Shown: positions 29,844 through 40,870, numbered from the stretch's first letter. The stretch: 64,000 bases of DNA from Pseudomonadota bacterium (GCA_030271615.1 JARXKP010000001.1:5743-69742); one strand, 5' to 3'. Notes: generated by a model from the sequence alone, not told the origin. Numbers and translations: made by a program.

Positions 29844-31934
29844 TCAGTGGGTGTTCGACTGACCCGAGAGCTTCTCTTGAAGCCTGAGCAGCAAACCGAC
29901 GGCCTCGGCCCATCGGGCATAACCGGGATGTCCAGCGACCCGCCACGCGGCCACGAGTTCAGCCGTGTTTGCTCTCCAGAGCATTCGCCCCAGTCGTGTT
30001 CGCCACGTCAAACCGGGCAAGCGGCCGAAGGCCTGCACCAGACGCGACAGGTTTCCCGGGTGAACCAGCAAACGGCCCTGTCGAAAACGCGCATCGCAAC
30101 GATCAACCGCGGCGGCAAGCGCTTCCATCGGCACGTCGGTGATCTGTACCGTTGACGGCAGGGCACCGCCACCGTCGAAGTAACTGCAAACAAGGTGCGT
30201 GTGCAGACACCGCAACGTGTTGTCTTTGAGGCGCAGGTCGTCCACGAGAAAATCGTGATGTCCCGGCACGACCTGCGACTCCTGGTGGTGCTGCAGAAAG
30301 TCAACCAGACCCTCTTCCAATCCGAACTCGCCGAGTGCGGCCATGGGCAGCGGGAAGTCAGCGAGCAATTCCTTGCGGTACACGAAGCTCGCCAGCGACA
30401 GTCGACGCTGCCCGGCCAACGTCGCCATGGAACGAGACGGCGACGGACACGGTTCGATTCCGGGCACGCCATCGACCAGCGCATACGGATAGACATGGCG
30501 CAGCGAGGTACACGCAAGCCGTGCACGACCTTGCTGCACCCGTGCAATGGCGGCGCGAAGTATTTCCGGATCAAACCGATGGCGGGGCGGCAGATGACAG
30601 CTGATCGCAGCCGGAAATTGCTGCCATGCGTCGAAAAGATCGCCTTGGCAGCACAACCAGCTCGCGTCGCGGTCAGCCACGGCGCACTGCATGAATGTTC
30701 CATCGCCTGCCGCGCTACCGCCCGACCGGTACGCCACGACCACTGCACCAACCGCACACAACGCGATCTGCTCAAGCCGCTCGAGGAAATCCTGACGATC
30801 ACCATCGAACGCCAGGTAGATGGCCAGCGGGGCGACCGCGCGACCAGCAACTACAGGCACGGCCGGATGCTCTGCCGGCACGTCGCTCACCCCGGAAAGC
30901 CGACCATCATTGAGCGCGACAAGATCTGCATAGACAACGGTGTCTTGGCTGCGCAATGCGGCCTCAAGCGGCTTCGAGGCGGCAGCCGGCTCGTCGAACC
31001 AGCGAAACACCAACCTCTTCAGCGCATCAAGGTCACCCTGCGCACGCGGGAGTGCCGCTAGAAGGTAATCCCGACTCGCCGATCCGATGAGCGAGCGAAC
31101 CTTCTCCTCGAACCATGTGCCTGCCGGAAAGGTTTCGAGAATGCGCTGTGCGATGCGGCCTGCCTCAGCAGGCGAATTCTGAGAAAGCTCAGCGAATGCC
31201 GTGCGTCGCACCGCGTCGGCGGCAGCGGTTTGCTCTCTGGCATGACTGTGCGTCACGCTGTTCACATTGCATCGCCACTTGAAAAAAACGTTGGGGAGAG
31301 AAGCCATACCTTGATTGGCCACCGCGAGCCGCGCGTAAAAACCGGCATCGTCCAACGCTAAGTACTTTGAATCGAACCCCCCGCCAGTTTCGATGGCCTT
31401 GCGGCGCAAGCAGACTGTCGGGTTGTGAAGCGACTGATAGGCGAACGTCAGCGTGCGAGTGACTTCTGGATCGGTCGGATGGCAGTCGATGTGAATCGGA
31501 GTGAGATCCGTGTTCACGTACAGCCACTGACTTCCTACGGCCGACATTTCTGGATGCGCATCGAGGTAGGCAACCTGCGCGGCGATACGCCCAGGCATCA
31601 TCACGTCATCGCTGTCCATGACGACGATCAACTCGCCCTGCATTACTGCGTAAGCAGCGTTACGCGCTGCGCCAATACCACCATGCGAAAGTGGCAGCAC
31701 ACGAACACGCTGGTCGCGATCGGCATATTCGCGAAGGATTGACAAGCTACCGTCAGTACTGCCGTCATCCGCGATGACGAATTCGAAATCCGAAAACGAC
31801 TGCGTTAAGACACTTTCGATCGATTGTGTCAAGAACTGCGCCGTATTGAATACAGGCATGAGAACACTTACGCGCGGGCGAAATCTCAAGTTCAAATCAT
31901 TGTGAGCGGACAAAACAGGCACGAAATAACTCAA
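29844..31934 (-). CDS. GT2 glycosyltransferase with a long C-terminal extension
   Basis: VSVLMPVFN, ADDGSTD, AARNA, MDSDD in the first ~240 aa; the remaining ~450 aa are unassigned. Confidence 0.82.
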   Translation of the reverse strand: MSYFVPVLSAHNDLNLRFRPRVSVLMPVFNTAQFLTQSIESVLTQSFSDFEFVIADDGSTDGSLSILREYADRDQRVRVLPLSHGGIGAARNAAYAVMQGELIVVMDSDDVMMPGRIAAQVAYLDAHPEMSAVGSQWLYVNTDLTPIHIDCHPTDPEVTRTLTFAYQSLHNPTVCLRRKAIETGGGFDSKYLALDDAGFYARLAVANQGMASLPNVFFKWRCNVNSVTHSHAREQTAAADAVRRTAFAELSQNSPAEAGRIAQRILETFPAGTWFEEKVRSLIGSASRDYLLAALPRAQGDLDALKRLVFRWFDEPAAASKPLEAALRSQDTVVYADLVALNDGRLSGVSDVPAEHPAVPVVAGRAVAPLAIYLAFDGDRQDFLERLEQIALCAVGAVVVAYRSGGSAAGDGTFMQCAVADRDASWLCCQGDLFDAWQQFPAAISCHLPPRHRFDPEILRAAIARVQQGRARLACTSLRHVYPYALVDGVPGIEPCPSPSRSMATLAGQRRLSLASFVYRKELLADFPLPMAALGEFGLEEGLVDFLQHHQESQVVPGHHDFLVDDLRLKDNTLRCLHTHLVCSYFDGGGALPSTVQITDVPMEALAAAVDRCDARFRQGRLLVHPGNLSRLVQAFGRLPGLTWRTRLGRMLWRANTAELVAAWRVAGHPGYARWAEAVGLLLRLQEKLSGQSNTH

Positions 31935-32009
31935 TTTATATTAATCACTACTTATTGGATACTGCATATAAATCATGCATGTCAAATAGTGTTAGAATTT
32001 TTTTAAAAA

Positions 32010-33242
32010 CTAATTATTCTCTCTATTTGATTGCAAAAGATTTTGACAGTCAGTAGCGAGTCGATCGCGTATAGTCGACCACAAGTATTTTCGTCGAACT
32101 TGCTCTTTACCTGTAGCAGCGAGATGGTTACGAAAGCCCGAGTCGCGTAATATTTTTATAACCGCATATGCAAAATCATCGGGTGTATCCGCCAGCATCA
32201 AGTGTTGATCATGCTGCAGATCCAACCCCTCCGCCCCAATCGTAGTACTTACCACCGGCGTGCCGTACGCGAGTGATTCCAGTATCTTGAGACGAGTTCC
32301 GCCACCGATGCGAAGCGGAACAATCGAAACCGCTGCACTCCCCACATAGGGTGAGACATCAGGCACATCTGGGCAGACGAAAATATCTCGCCCATCATGC
32401 AGAGCAGTCACCACCGAAGGCGGCTTCAACCCGACTATATAAAACGTAGCATCTGGAATGCTAGCCTTTATTATGGGAAATATATCTCGGCAAAAATATA
32501 AGACAGCATCTTGATTCGGTTCATAGTACATCGTTCCAACAAATATGATCTTGCTCGCATCACGATGCACCTCCTTTTTCAACATTAAATCATCGCCTAC
32601 ACCGTTCGGAATAACCCATAGTCGATCATCGACGCCCCCAAGAAGATTCCTATCTTCATCAGAACAAACGGCCAGCCTAAGAAATCTTTCAACTGAGTTT
32701 TTTTCAGTCCGCTCCAAACGATTGGATTCCCGGATCATCATCCTTCGTAGATAGAAATTCGTCTGCCTGCTTGCGTGTCGTCGTATCTTTACAGATTCAA
32801 GATCATCGATATCAACTACGATTTTCTGGCAGAATTCATTCAACCTAGTTGCAAGGTACAATCGTTCTGTCCAGATGAGATCGGCTCGCCGCAAAAGAGG
32901 AGTTATTCGTTCTCGCATTAATTCCATCGGAAATGATGAATATATAATACCGTATCCATCAAATAAAGATTTACTTATCTTGCGGATGTAATTATCAGGT
33001 TCAATTTCAGGCCAAGGTGGACTGGAAATAAACTGAATGCTATTCAAATAAGACCAGAAACCAGGATAAGTACACGATGACCTTTTCAAATCCTCCAAGT
33101 CCTGCTCATCACCATAAGTGACGAGATCGACCCTAGCCACTTGGGTCAGGCTCTGCAGGATGTGGCTGATCCTGATTTTAGTTCCCGTGTTCAGCGGATA
33201 AGGCAATCGCGGCGAAAGAAAAAGGATTCTCGGATTTGCCAC
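32010..33242 (-). CDS. GT4 family glycosyltransferase
   Basis: LPYPLNTG, FVGTMYYEPNQDA, PLRIGGGTRLKILESLA. AT-rich gene. Confidence 0.88.
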   Translation of the reverse strand: MANPRILFLSPRLPYPLNTGTKIRISHILQSLTQVARVDLVTYGDEQDLEDLKRSSCTYPGFWSYLNSIQFISSPPWPEIEPDNYIRKISKSLFDGYGIIYSSFPMELMRERITPLLRRADLIWTERLYLATRLNEFCQKIVVDIDDLESVKIRRHASRQTNFYLRRMMIRESNRLERTEKNSVERFLRLAVCSDEDRNLLGGVDDRLWVIPNGVGDDLMLKKEVHRDASKIIFVGTMYYEPNQDAVLYFCRDIFPIIKASIPDATFYIVGLKPPSVVTALHDGRDIFVCPDVPDVSPYVGSAAVSIVPLRIGGGTRLKILESLAYGTPVVSTTIGAEGLDLQHDQHLMLADTPDDFAYAVIKILRDSGFRNHLAATGKEQVRRKYLWSTIRDRLATDCQNLLQSNRENN

Positions 33243-34075
33243 TATCCATTCCTTCTTGAAGTTTTTTCAAAGTAATTCATCAGAATCGAATGAGTTACTC
33301 TATATAAATTACCCCTCATCATTGAATAAACAATCTTTCGGCAGCGCCAATAGATCACCTTTATTGCACCGATAGAGGAATTATTTTTCTTTTCAAGAAA
33401 AATTCTATTAAATTCAACTGACCATACTGAAAAAAATAGATTTATCGCAAGATAAATCTTCTTACATGGTAAATGTATCGTGTCTGCCAGACGTAGCATG
33501 TCTGGAATGCGTTGAATTTTTTTGTTTTCACGTGCAACTCGATCAAGAACTGGTGAAGCAGGAATAAATACAACCGCATCCTGAATTTCGATCACTGAAA
33601 AACCGGCCTTTCGAGCTCGAACACACCAATCAATCACCGCCAGGGGTTTGCTGAGCCTCCAGTCGAACTCCCCAACCGTCTGCCATGCCGTTCTTGGCAC
33701 CAGCAACGACTCAGGACTGAGCCAATTGACTTCGATGTACCGAGGCATTTGGGGGCACGCCCTGAGCTCCACCACCCACTCTGGCTGCCAAGCTCTTTCG
33801 TGTAGCGACCAGCGCCAACCCGGCATCTGAAGATGCTGCGGCCAATCAATATCGGCCGTGCGACAACCGAACACCGCATCAGGTAAGTCAAGTTGGGCTC
33901 GAGAGATTGCCTCAACGCACCCCTCCGACATCGTCACACCGGAATCTAGTAGTAAGACGGCCGAGTCGTGACTGTCAAAGGCTTCGCGAAGCGCAGCAGC
34001 GCAACCTGCGACTGATTGACACTCGCAGATGGTCAAGCAGGCCTCAGGATTTTCTTCACTCGACTCGGAATTCAA
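33242..34075 (-). CDS. Degenerate / N-terminally truncated GT2-like protein
   Basis: VLLLDSG, VGEFD, IDWCVRARKAG resemble the C-terminal half of a GT2. No N-terminal nucleotide-binding motif is visible. Confidence 0.55.
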   Translation of the reverse strand: MNSESSEENPEACLTICECQSVAGCAAALREAFDSHDSAVLLLDSGVTMSEGCVEAISRAQLDLPDAVFGCRTADIDWPQHLQMPGWRWSLHERAWQPEWVVELRACPQMPRYIEVNWLSPESLLVPRTAWQTVGEFDWRLSKPLAVIDWCVRARKAGFSVIEIQDAVVFIPASPVLDRVARENKKIQRIPDMLRLADTIHLPCKKIYLAINLFFSVWSVEFNRIFLEKKNNSSIGAIKVIYWRCRKIVYSMMRGNLYRVTHSILMNYFEKTSRRNG

Positions 34076-34206
34076 TGCATCACCTGCATTCAGAAAAATA
34101 GAAATATTTAAACAAATCCGTCTTTAACAAAGATATTTGCTACCAACTAAGAGATCAGCTCATAAATAATTTATTTTAAAAAGTCAATTTCTCTGCGAGT
34201 AGCGAT

Positions 34207-35244
34207 CTATACGACCACCAACCTCGTGAATCGGTTGCAGGACAGTAAATACGCAGACGCTACGGATAAAATGAATACAGAAAGTGGATAGCCGATCTCC
34301 CAAATAATATCACCAGCGTATCTTCCCCCATATGGCCGGAGCATATCGACGAACAAGAAATGTATTGCATATATACCAAGTACCAACGGCCCCAATCTGG
34401 AAGACAGTCGAAAGTGAAAAATTGATCTGTCCGACAATGCGATCATGGCAACACCGACACCAAGAAAATATGTTCCAAGAACAAAATCCTGGCTCATTGA
34501 CGAACCCCATCGTTCATGAATAAAAACTAATTCATAAAAACTCAGGGACAAACCCAATCCAGTCATGAGAAATCCAAACGCTAGCCAAGACTCTTTAGGC
34601 CCTCTGCGCTGGAGAAAATATCCAGAAGCGAAGAATATAAATCCAAAAAAAGGCCCATTTCTGAAATTAAAATCAGACTGAAAACCAATCGGCGTATCCG
34701 CATACGATTTTCCGGCTAATGCCACCCCATAAAGTATCACCGACAAGATTACAAGACCACCAGTCATGCCGGCCGACAACAACATCAAGCCAATTAACAA
34801 ACAACTCATTAAAGACACCAAAAACCAGAGGTGAACCTTAGTTCCCTCAAAAAAAAACACCATTGGTATTTTAATAAAATCTGCCAGATTCCAATATATT
34901 GATTTAATCAAACCAACAAAACCATAATCAATAACATCATCGATGTTAACTTTGATCAACAGATAGAATGCCGACCAGAACAGAAAAATAAGTAATATTC
35001 GCCTAACCATTCTTATAGTTGGAGCCGCAACTGACATTGCACCATCAAATTTAGTGGCCCAAAAAAATCCAGCAATTACGAAGAAATAGGGAACGGCAAA
35101 TCTAGAAGATTGATTGATGAAAGTTGCCAGATCAAGCCGTGAGCCAAGGGGAGTTTTATCGCTACTGAATGGAACCGTATGAATAACGATGACGGCCACG
35201 ATTGAAATCAATCTAAAAAAATCAATGGCTTGAATTCTTTTCAC
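34207..35244 (-). CDS. Acyltransferase family 3 (O-acetyltransferase) membrane protein
   Basis: IDFFRLISIVAVIVIH, RFAVPYFFVIAGFF, HLWFL, LGIYAIH. Strongly AT-rich. Confidence 0.88.
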   Translation of the reverse strand: MKRIQAIDFFRLISIVAVIVIHTVPFSSDKTPLGSRLDLATFINQSSRFAVPYFFVIAGFFWATKFDGAMSVAAPTIRMVRRILLIFLFWSAFYLLIKVNIDDVIDYGFVGLIKSIYWNLADFIKIPMVFFFEGTKVHLWFLVSLMSCLLIGLMLLSAGMTGGLVILSVILYGVALAGKSYADTPIGFQSDFNFRNGPFFGFIFFASGYFLQRRGPKESWLAFGFLMTGLGLSLSFYELVFIHERWGSSMSQDFVLGTYFLGVGVAMIALSDRSIFHFRLSSRLGPLVLGIYAIHFLFVDMLRPYGGRYAGDIIWEIGYPLSVFILSVASAYLLSCNRFTRLVVV

Positions 35245-35627
35245 TGGAATTTCCGATTCATGAAAACAAAATAAATATTATTTTTAAGCCGTAATTTGGC
35301 AAGTTTTCAACTACCGAAAATTCTATGTAGAAATTTTAAACTCAACTCGAGTATTGGAGAATTTACAAACATTTAGTACCGGAAAGTAAATCACATAAAA
35401 TAATTTACATGATACCATATATTATTAATCAACACTCATCGCATTTTATCCGACAACTAAATCAATCGATACTTCGGAACACTCCGCAAGTGCATACATT
35501 GCACAATCTGCATCCACGATATTGGTAGGTTTCATTGATGCACCATTACTCATTCGCGCAGTCCAGCTTCGGTTGATTTAAGGTGCGGTTGTTCGACGAG
35601 ATTGGTTTCATGCCCGCTGCAAAAACA

Positions 35628-35687
<60 letters not shown>

Positions 35688-35945
35688 AGGCAATTTAGTG
35701 AATCTGCCTATCCCGCGCATTGGCGAAAAATATATCGACAATCTCGGAGAATAATTAGGGTATCAGTGACTTTAATTGCCTATAGACATGGTTTTTGGCC
35801 GAAGCAACTTGCTGACGAAAACGTCATTGGCATTCAAGCTTGCTTGATCATTGCCCTTGATTTTATGATGAAAGCAGAAAATCAAATAAATAAATACCAA
35901 TCATAATATGATTACCAGCCTATTGGCCAGCTTATTTGACTATTA

Positions 35946-37175
35946 TCAACTGAATTTCCAGGTCGCCGGAACATCAACCAACCCAGACGTAGGCATCTTA
36001 GTGATGTCATATCGGCCAGCAGTTACCACGGTAGGCAATATATTGTCCGCATACCAGTATGTATTCTGATATTGGTCCAGAAAAGTCAGTCGCAGTCCGT
36101 AGGAAAACGGACGTAGCGGTATATCGACCAAGCGGCAAGTGACTTCGTGGGTACCGACAGCCAAGTCGGGATTCGTCTGCGACATGGCGCTGCTGACTGC
36201 CAAGACGTGAACGAAGTCAGAGGTGTGGAACCCGATGATCACTTCTGGGCGCCGCAGCGGCTGGGAGCAACTGAACTTGATGCGCAGTGTCAACGGCTCA
36301 TGCAGACCGACAGTCCTCAATTCCGTACCTGAGTCGTCCAGCAGCTCTATCGACTGCACTTCAATGATGCCTGCGTCACGCTGAGGCGTGATCTGTCCAA
36401 CTAACGAGGTGTGCCGTTCGAGGTTGCGCTCCTGTGCTTCGCGAAAGAATATTCCGCAGACGTCCTTCGGGGTACCCGTATGCGTCACGCGCCCGTGATC
36501 CAACAGCATCACGCGAGAGCAGATACGCTCGATCTGACGAATGTTGTGCCCCACCAGGAGAACTGTGCGCCCGTCCCCGCGGATCAGTTTTTCCATCCGG
36601 TCGATGCATTTCTGCTGGAACGCGAGGTCGCCGACCGCAAGCACCTCGTCGACGATCAGGATTTCCGATTCGACAGCAGTCGCGATTGCAAATCCCAGCC
36701 GCACCTGCATCCCCGAGCTGTATCGCTTGACGGGGGTATCGATGAACTCTTCCAGTTCGGCAAAGGCCACGATTTCATCGAACTTACGTTTGATCTCGTC
36801 GCGCTTCATGCCCAGGATGGCGGCATTCAGGAACACGTTCTCGCGACCCGTCATGTCGGCCACCATGCCGGCACCCACCTCAATGAGTGGTGCTACCCGG
36901 CCGCGCACCGTGACGCGGCCTTTGCTGGGCACGCTGATCCGCGCCAGCAACTTCAGCAGGGTGCTCTTTCCAGCGCCGTTGTGGCCGATGATGCCCAGCA
37001 CCTCTCCGGGCTCCACGGTGAAACTCACGTCGTTGAGCGCCTTGAAGGGGGCTCGTTCATTGACCGGGCGCCCGAGCGCTCGGTTGACACCGTTTCGCAG
37101 GGACTGCGTCAGGTTGGTCAGTTGCCCGAGGCGGAATTCCTTGGTGACTTGGTTGACTTCAATGACAGGTTGCAT
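35946..37175 (-). CDS. wzt: Glycan ABC exporter ATP-binding subunit with C-terminal Wzt_C-type domain
   Basis: GHNGAGKST, TGREN, PVKRYSSGM, IVDEVLAVGD, plus a ~170-aa C-terminal extension. Confidence 0.92.
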   Translation of the reverse strand: MQPVIEVNQVTKEFRLGQLTNLTQSLRNGVNRALGRPVNERAPFKALNDVSFTVEPGEVLGIIGHNGAGKSTLLKLLARISVPSKGRVTVRGRVAPLIEVGAGMVADMTGRENVFLNAAILGMKRDEIKRKFDEIVAFAELEEFIDTPVKRYSSGMQVRLGFAIATAVESEILIVDEVLAVGDLAFQQKCIDRMEKLIRGDGRTVLLVGHNIRQIERICSRVMLLDHGRVTHTGTPKDVCGIFFREAQERNLERHTSLVGQITPQRDAGIIEVQSIELLDDSGTELRTVGLHEPLTLRIKFSCSQPLRRPEVIIGFHTSDFVHVLAVSSAMSQTNPDLAVGTHEVTCRLVDIPLRPFSYGLRLTFLDQYQNTYWYADNILPTVVTAGRYDITKMPTSGLVDVPATWKFS

Positions 37176-37181
37176 GTCGGT

Positions 37182-38030
37182 TCAGATCACATCTGCAAAG
37201 TGCGACTCGGCGCGTTTGAAGATCAGATAGCTGATCGGCAAACACACAGCCACCACCACCATACCCGGCAACATCGCGTGAAGATCGGGCGCCAAACCCT
37301 TGAGCATGATGCGCTGAAAGGCGTCGATGATGCCGGCCAGCGGGTTGGCGGTGTACAAGGTGTAAAGAAGATCCGACCAAGGGCCGGCTGCCTGCTGCTC
37401 AAGAAGCTTGTGCTGCACCAGTTGCAGGGGATAAATCACCGGTGACGCGTACATCAGCAGCGAGATCAGCACCGGGAGCATCTGGCCAATGTCGCGGTAG
37501 TAAACGTTGATGGCAGCACCAACCAGTGCAAGCATCAGTGCTGCAAGGATGGTGTAGAGCAGGATCAATGGCACCCAAAGCGCTTGCGCGCCTGGAACCA
37601 TGCGGAAATAAAGCATCAGACCCAGCAAGATGCAGAAGTTGATCGCGAACTCCACCACCTTGGTTGCTACGGCGGTGAGCGGAAAAACCTCGCGCGGGAA
37701 GTAGACCTTCCGAATCAGGTGTGCATTGCCGACCACGCTGTTCACCCCCTCCGAGACGGACTCCTGGAAGAACATCCAGGGCATCAGTGCGCAGTAGGCC
37801 AGCACTGGATAAGGCACGCCCCCGCTGTCAATGCCGATGAAGACGCGCATCAGACTGAAGATGAGCATCATCATCAACGGCTTGGCGACGGTCCAAATCA
37901 GGCCGAGGTAGGCCTGCTTGTAGCGTACGACCACGTTCTTCCAAGCCAGCGTGACGATGAGTTCGCGATATTGAACGAGGTTTTGCAAGATAGGACTGCC
38001 GGAAAGGCGATGCGAAAAGGTCAGTATCAA
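37182..38030 (-). CDS. wzm: Glycan ABC exporter permease
   Basis: RYKQAYLG, LIRKVYFPRE, YYRDIG, YASPVIYP, NPLAGII and a C-terminal FADVI. Confidence 0.92.
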   Translation of the reverse strand: MILTFSHRLSGSPILQNLVQYRELIVTLAWKNVVVRYKQAYLGLIWTVAKPLMMMLIFSLMRVFIGIDSGGVPYPVLAYCALMPWMFFQESVSEGVNSVVGNAHLIRKVYFPREVFPLTAVATKVVEFAINFCILLGLMLYFRMVPGAQALWVPLILLYTILAALMLALVGAAINVYYRDIGQMLPVLISLLMYASPVIYPLQLVQHKLLEQQAAGPWSDLLYTLYTANPLAGIIDAFQRIMLKGLAPDLHAMLPGMVVVAVCLPISYLIFKRAESHFADVI

Positions 38031-39373
38031 CGGACGGCTTCTGCAAGCCAGTCCTTCAGGCGTCGCGAGACGCTTGGAGGCGGTAACTGTCGACGGGCTG
38101 CGGATACGGCGGTCATCGGCGCCAACGTCCCGGTGCCAACCGCAAGCGGAATGTTCAATTTCAGGAAAGCTGCCTCGAAAGCACTCAAGCGTTCGGCGTA
38201 GGTTTCCTGCATGTTGCGAAGACTTGACTCGCTGAGCAGCGTAGCCACGATCTCACGGAGCGGCACATCTTCGGCGGCTTGCAACGAGAGCTTGGGGATC
38301 GCAAAGAAATCTGCAATTTCGGAAACGCGCAGATCATCGACCATCATGATGGAGGGGATACCAGCTTGCAGCGCGACCACTCCACCGTGGAGGCGGTCAC
38401 CGAGAAAGAAGTCGAACTGCGAAACAAACGCGCGCCACGCGCTCGTATCCTGAAACCATCGATAGCTGGCAAAGGGAAGTTGGCGGCGTTGTATCTGCTC
38501 GAGTACCGGCTCGATCACATTGCGGGTGACCTCTGCGGTGGCGTCGTTGTAAATCTCTTGCTCATCGGACAAAAGACCGAGATGCCGGAGCACAACCAAC
38601 TCTTCCTGCATCACGTAGTGCGACTCCTCGAAGCCCTGGAAGAGTTTGATGAGCGCCAAGGATCGATCAACGCGCCCGTGGATGTATCCGGCCGTGACCG
38701 CGCGGCGCACACGCTGAGGTTCCGGTGCCCGCATACGCAATATGTTTTGGGGATACACGAATAGGCTGGGACAGCCAAGCGCAACGGCGTGGTCATAACC
38801 AACCGCCTTGAGCCAACGTTCTGTTTCCAGCCCGCGCACACCGAAAAGCAAAGCCTTCTTGTTGCAAACATCCAGCAGGTCAAGCAGATTCGGATGCATG
38901 CCTTCGATCGAATCGGGCAGCGCGTTCTGCATTCCCATGCCAAGCGCAACGAAATCACAGCGCAGGGCTCGGAGAATGTCCGCAAATGCGCCTGGTGCGA
39001 AATTCGGACGAATAGTATTCGCCGCCGAAAAAACGACAAGATCGAAACGCTTGTTCAGTTCCTCTGCAATCTGCTCGGGGCTCCAGTGATCTTCAACAAT
39101 CAGCGCCCTGCTCGAGACAAAACAAGAACGAGCACGATCAAATTCGAATATCCGAGCGGGAGCCTCCCCGTGGATCATGTTGCCGCGGTTGTCCACCTCG
39201 TGACTGAGTTCCAGCGCATCAACGAGTCGGGTCCCGGAAGTTCGAACCATTCCGTTGATGCGAGGCATCGCACCAAGGAATGGGTAACGGACTTCACTCC
39301 AGATTCCCAAGAAAGCAATTCTCTTTTTATCCATTGCTGCTGACGACATGTGTGAAGAAATAATGAGCGGCAA
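38027..39373 (-). CDS. Polysaccharide pyruvyl transferase family protein
   Basis: NRGNMIH, GVRG..T, LGCPSLF, GDRLHGGVVALQAGIP. Start may be ATG 39349 or 39334. Confidence 0.8.
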   Translation of the reverse strand: MPLIISSHMSSAAMDKKRIAFLGIWSEVRYPFLGAMPRINGMVRTSGTRLVDALELSHEVDNRGNMIHGEAPARIFEFDRARSCFVSSRALIVEDHWSPEQIAEELNKRFDLVVFSAANTIRPNFAPGAFADILRALRCDFVALGMGMQNALPDSIEGMHPNLLDLLDVCNKKALLFGVRGLETERWLKAVGYDHAVALGCPSLFVYPQNILRMRAPEPQRVRRAVTAGYIHGRVDRSLALIKLFQGFEESHYVMQEELVVLRHLGLLSDEQEIYNDATAEVTRNVIEPVLEQIQRRQLPFASYRWFQDTSAWRAFVSQFDFFLGDRLHGGVVALQAGIPSIMMVDDLRVSEIADFFAIPKLSLQAAEDVPLREIVATLLSESSLRNMQETYAERLSAFEAAFLKLNIPLAVGTGTLAPMTAVSAARRQLPPPSVSRRLKDWLAEAVR

Positions 39374-39565
39374 AGGGACTCACCTAGCGAGGTGACCCGA
39401 CCCAAGAGGCCCCCTAGAGTTGGATTAACTCCAGGCCAAATACGATAGCAGGCCGGTTGAATTGCCCGTGTGACGTAAGTCCGCGAAGCGAACCGTTCGC
39501 CATCATCGACAGGCGCAGGACCCAACATAGACGCGCCCAGCGACAGAAATGGCCGATCGACGGTT

Positions 39566-40870
39566 CTAGCGAACGGCACTCAAAGCTGCAATGGGGCTGT
39601 CTCCATTCGGATTGAGCCGAACGGAATCTTGCCCCGCAAGGGCTGGCGTTTTCACCAAATAGTGAACAACCACCACAACCGCCATCAAGTGGTAGATGTA
39701 GTCGAAATACGCCAAGCCCAAGAAAGCTCCTCCCGTGAGGTAAGCCACCATGCTGACCTGAATCATTGCCGCAAGATCACGGGCCCATTGTTGATCCGGA
39801 TTCTGTTTGCTGATTTTAATGATGGAACGGCATTTCAACCACATCAAGATCAGCAACAAGAGAAATAGAAACAGGCCGACAAATCCATGCTCACCCAGCA
39901 CCTTGAAATAGATGCTGTGTGCATCATGAACATCCCCAGGGATAGGGGCGTACTGTTCGAAAACTGGGTATTGCCACATTTCGAATCCGCCCCCGAGGAA
40001 TCGGTGTGTGGCCAGATTCCATGCCGTCCACCAAGCATTGATCCGACCCATTGCAGATCCATCCGATTCGTAGCTGTTGATCGTATTCATTCGCTCATAC
40101 CACGATTCAGGCATGATGCTGACAACTGCCAAGCCAGCAATAATTATAAAGACTGCCGTCACAAACTTGTTACGGCTCTTGATCCAAAAGATAGAACCCG
40201 TTAACAGCAATGCCACCAAGGCCCCCCGGGACTGGCTTCCAATAGCCGCAATGACCGTGAGAAACATACCTACCGACAATCCGAGCTTGACAAGATGGTG
40301 TTTCTCTTGAAGCTGTAAATATCGAATGAGCGGAATAGTCATCACCAACGCCAATGCCAGCTCATTGTTACCACCGATAAATGTTCCAAAGGGTCCCTGC
40401 ACTCGGTAAACCCCTCCATGTAATATAGTAAAGACGCCACCTTTCAAACCATAAAATCCAAGACTGAGAACAAATACCCATACAATAGCATGCACCTTCT
40501 CCTTGGAAGTAAGCATCACAAGAGTAATTATTGTTATAATTTGAATCTTTATTACTTTTGTATACTGAAGATATGCCAAATCTAAATAAAAAGCCTGCGT
40601 CGTTGTTATACCCATCCATATGATAAACAACACAAGAACGGTAACCTCAGGACTCCAGACCATACGCTTGGCCTCTTTCGATACCAGCATTCCAATCATT
40701 GTTGCAATCACGACAATTTGCACAACGGGCATGCTTAGCATGAATCCATAGCACAGCCTATGTGGATTCATGTATCCCAGCCATACCATCAGCAATATTC
40801 CCCAGAAAGGGCGCTTGAAGATAAATGGCAACAAACCAAATACGATTACCGCAAGCGCCAAGTCACGCAT
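39566..40870 (-). CDS. Putative O-glycosylation ligase, exosortase A system-associated (TIGR03097-like)
   Basis: MRD...WLGYMNPHR, GNNELALAL, SQSRGA, SAMGRINAW, DAHSIYFKVLGEHG. Confidence 0.88.
   Translation of the reverse strand: MRDLALAVIVFGLLPFIFKRPFWGILLMVWLGYMNPHRLCYGFMLSMPVVQIVVIATMIGMLVSKEAKRMVWSPEVTVLVLFIIWMGITTTQAFYLDLAYLQYTKVIKIQIITIITLVMLTSKEKVHAIVWVFVLSLGFYGLKGGVFTILHGGVYRVQGPFGTFIGGNNELALALVMTIPLIRYLQLQEKHHLVKLGLSVGMFLTVIAAIGSQSRGALVALLLTGSIFWIKSRNKFVTAVFIIIAGLAVVSIMPESWYERMNTINSYESDGSAMGRINAWWTAWNLATHRFLGGGFEMWQYPVFEQYAPIPGDVHDAHSIYFKVLGEHGFVGLFLFLLLLILMWLKCRSIIKISKQNPDQQWARDLAAMIQVSMVAYLTGGAFLGLAYFDYIYHLMAVVVVVHYLVKTPALAGQDSVRLNPNGDSPIAALSAVR

Noticed and set aside
39376..39398. 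Hairpin TCACCT-AGCG-AGGTGA upstream of the pyruvyltransferase, and CCGATGC/GCATCGG inverted repeat at 2283-2306
   Set aside because: Short stems with no U-tract or recognisable RNA family. Too weak to call.
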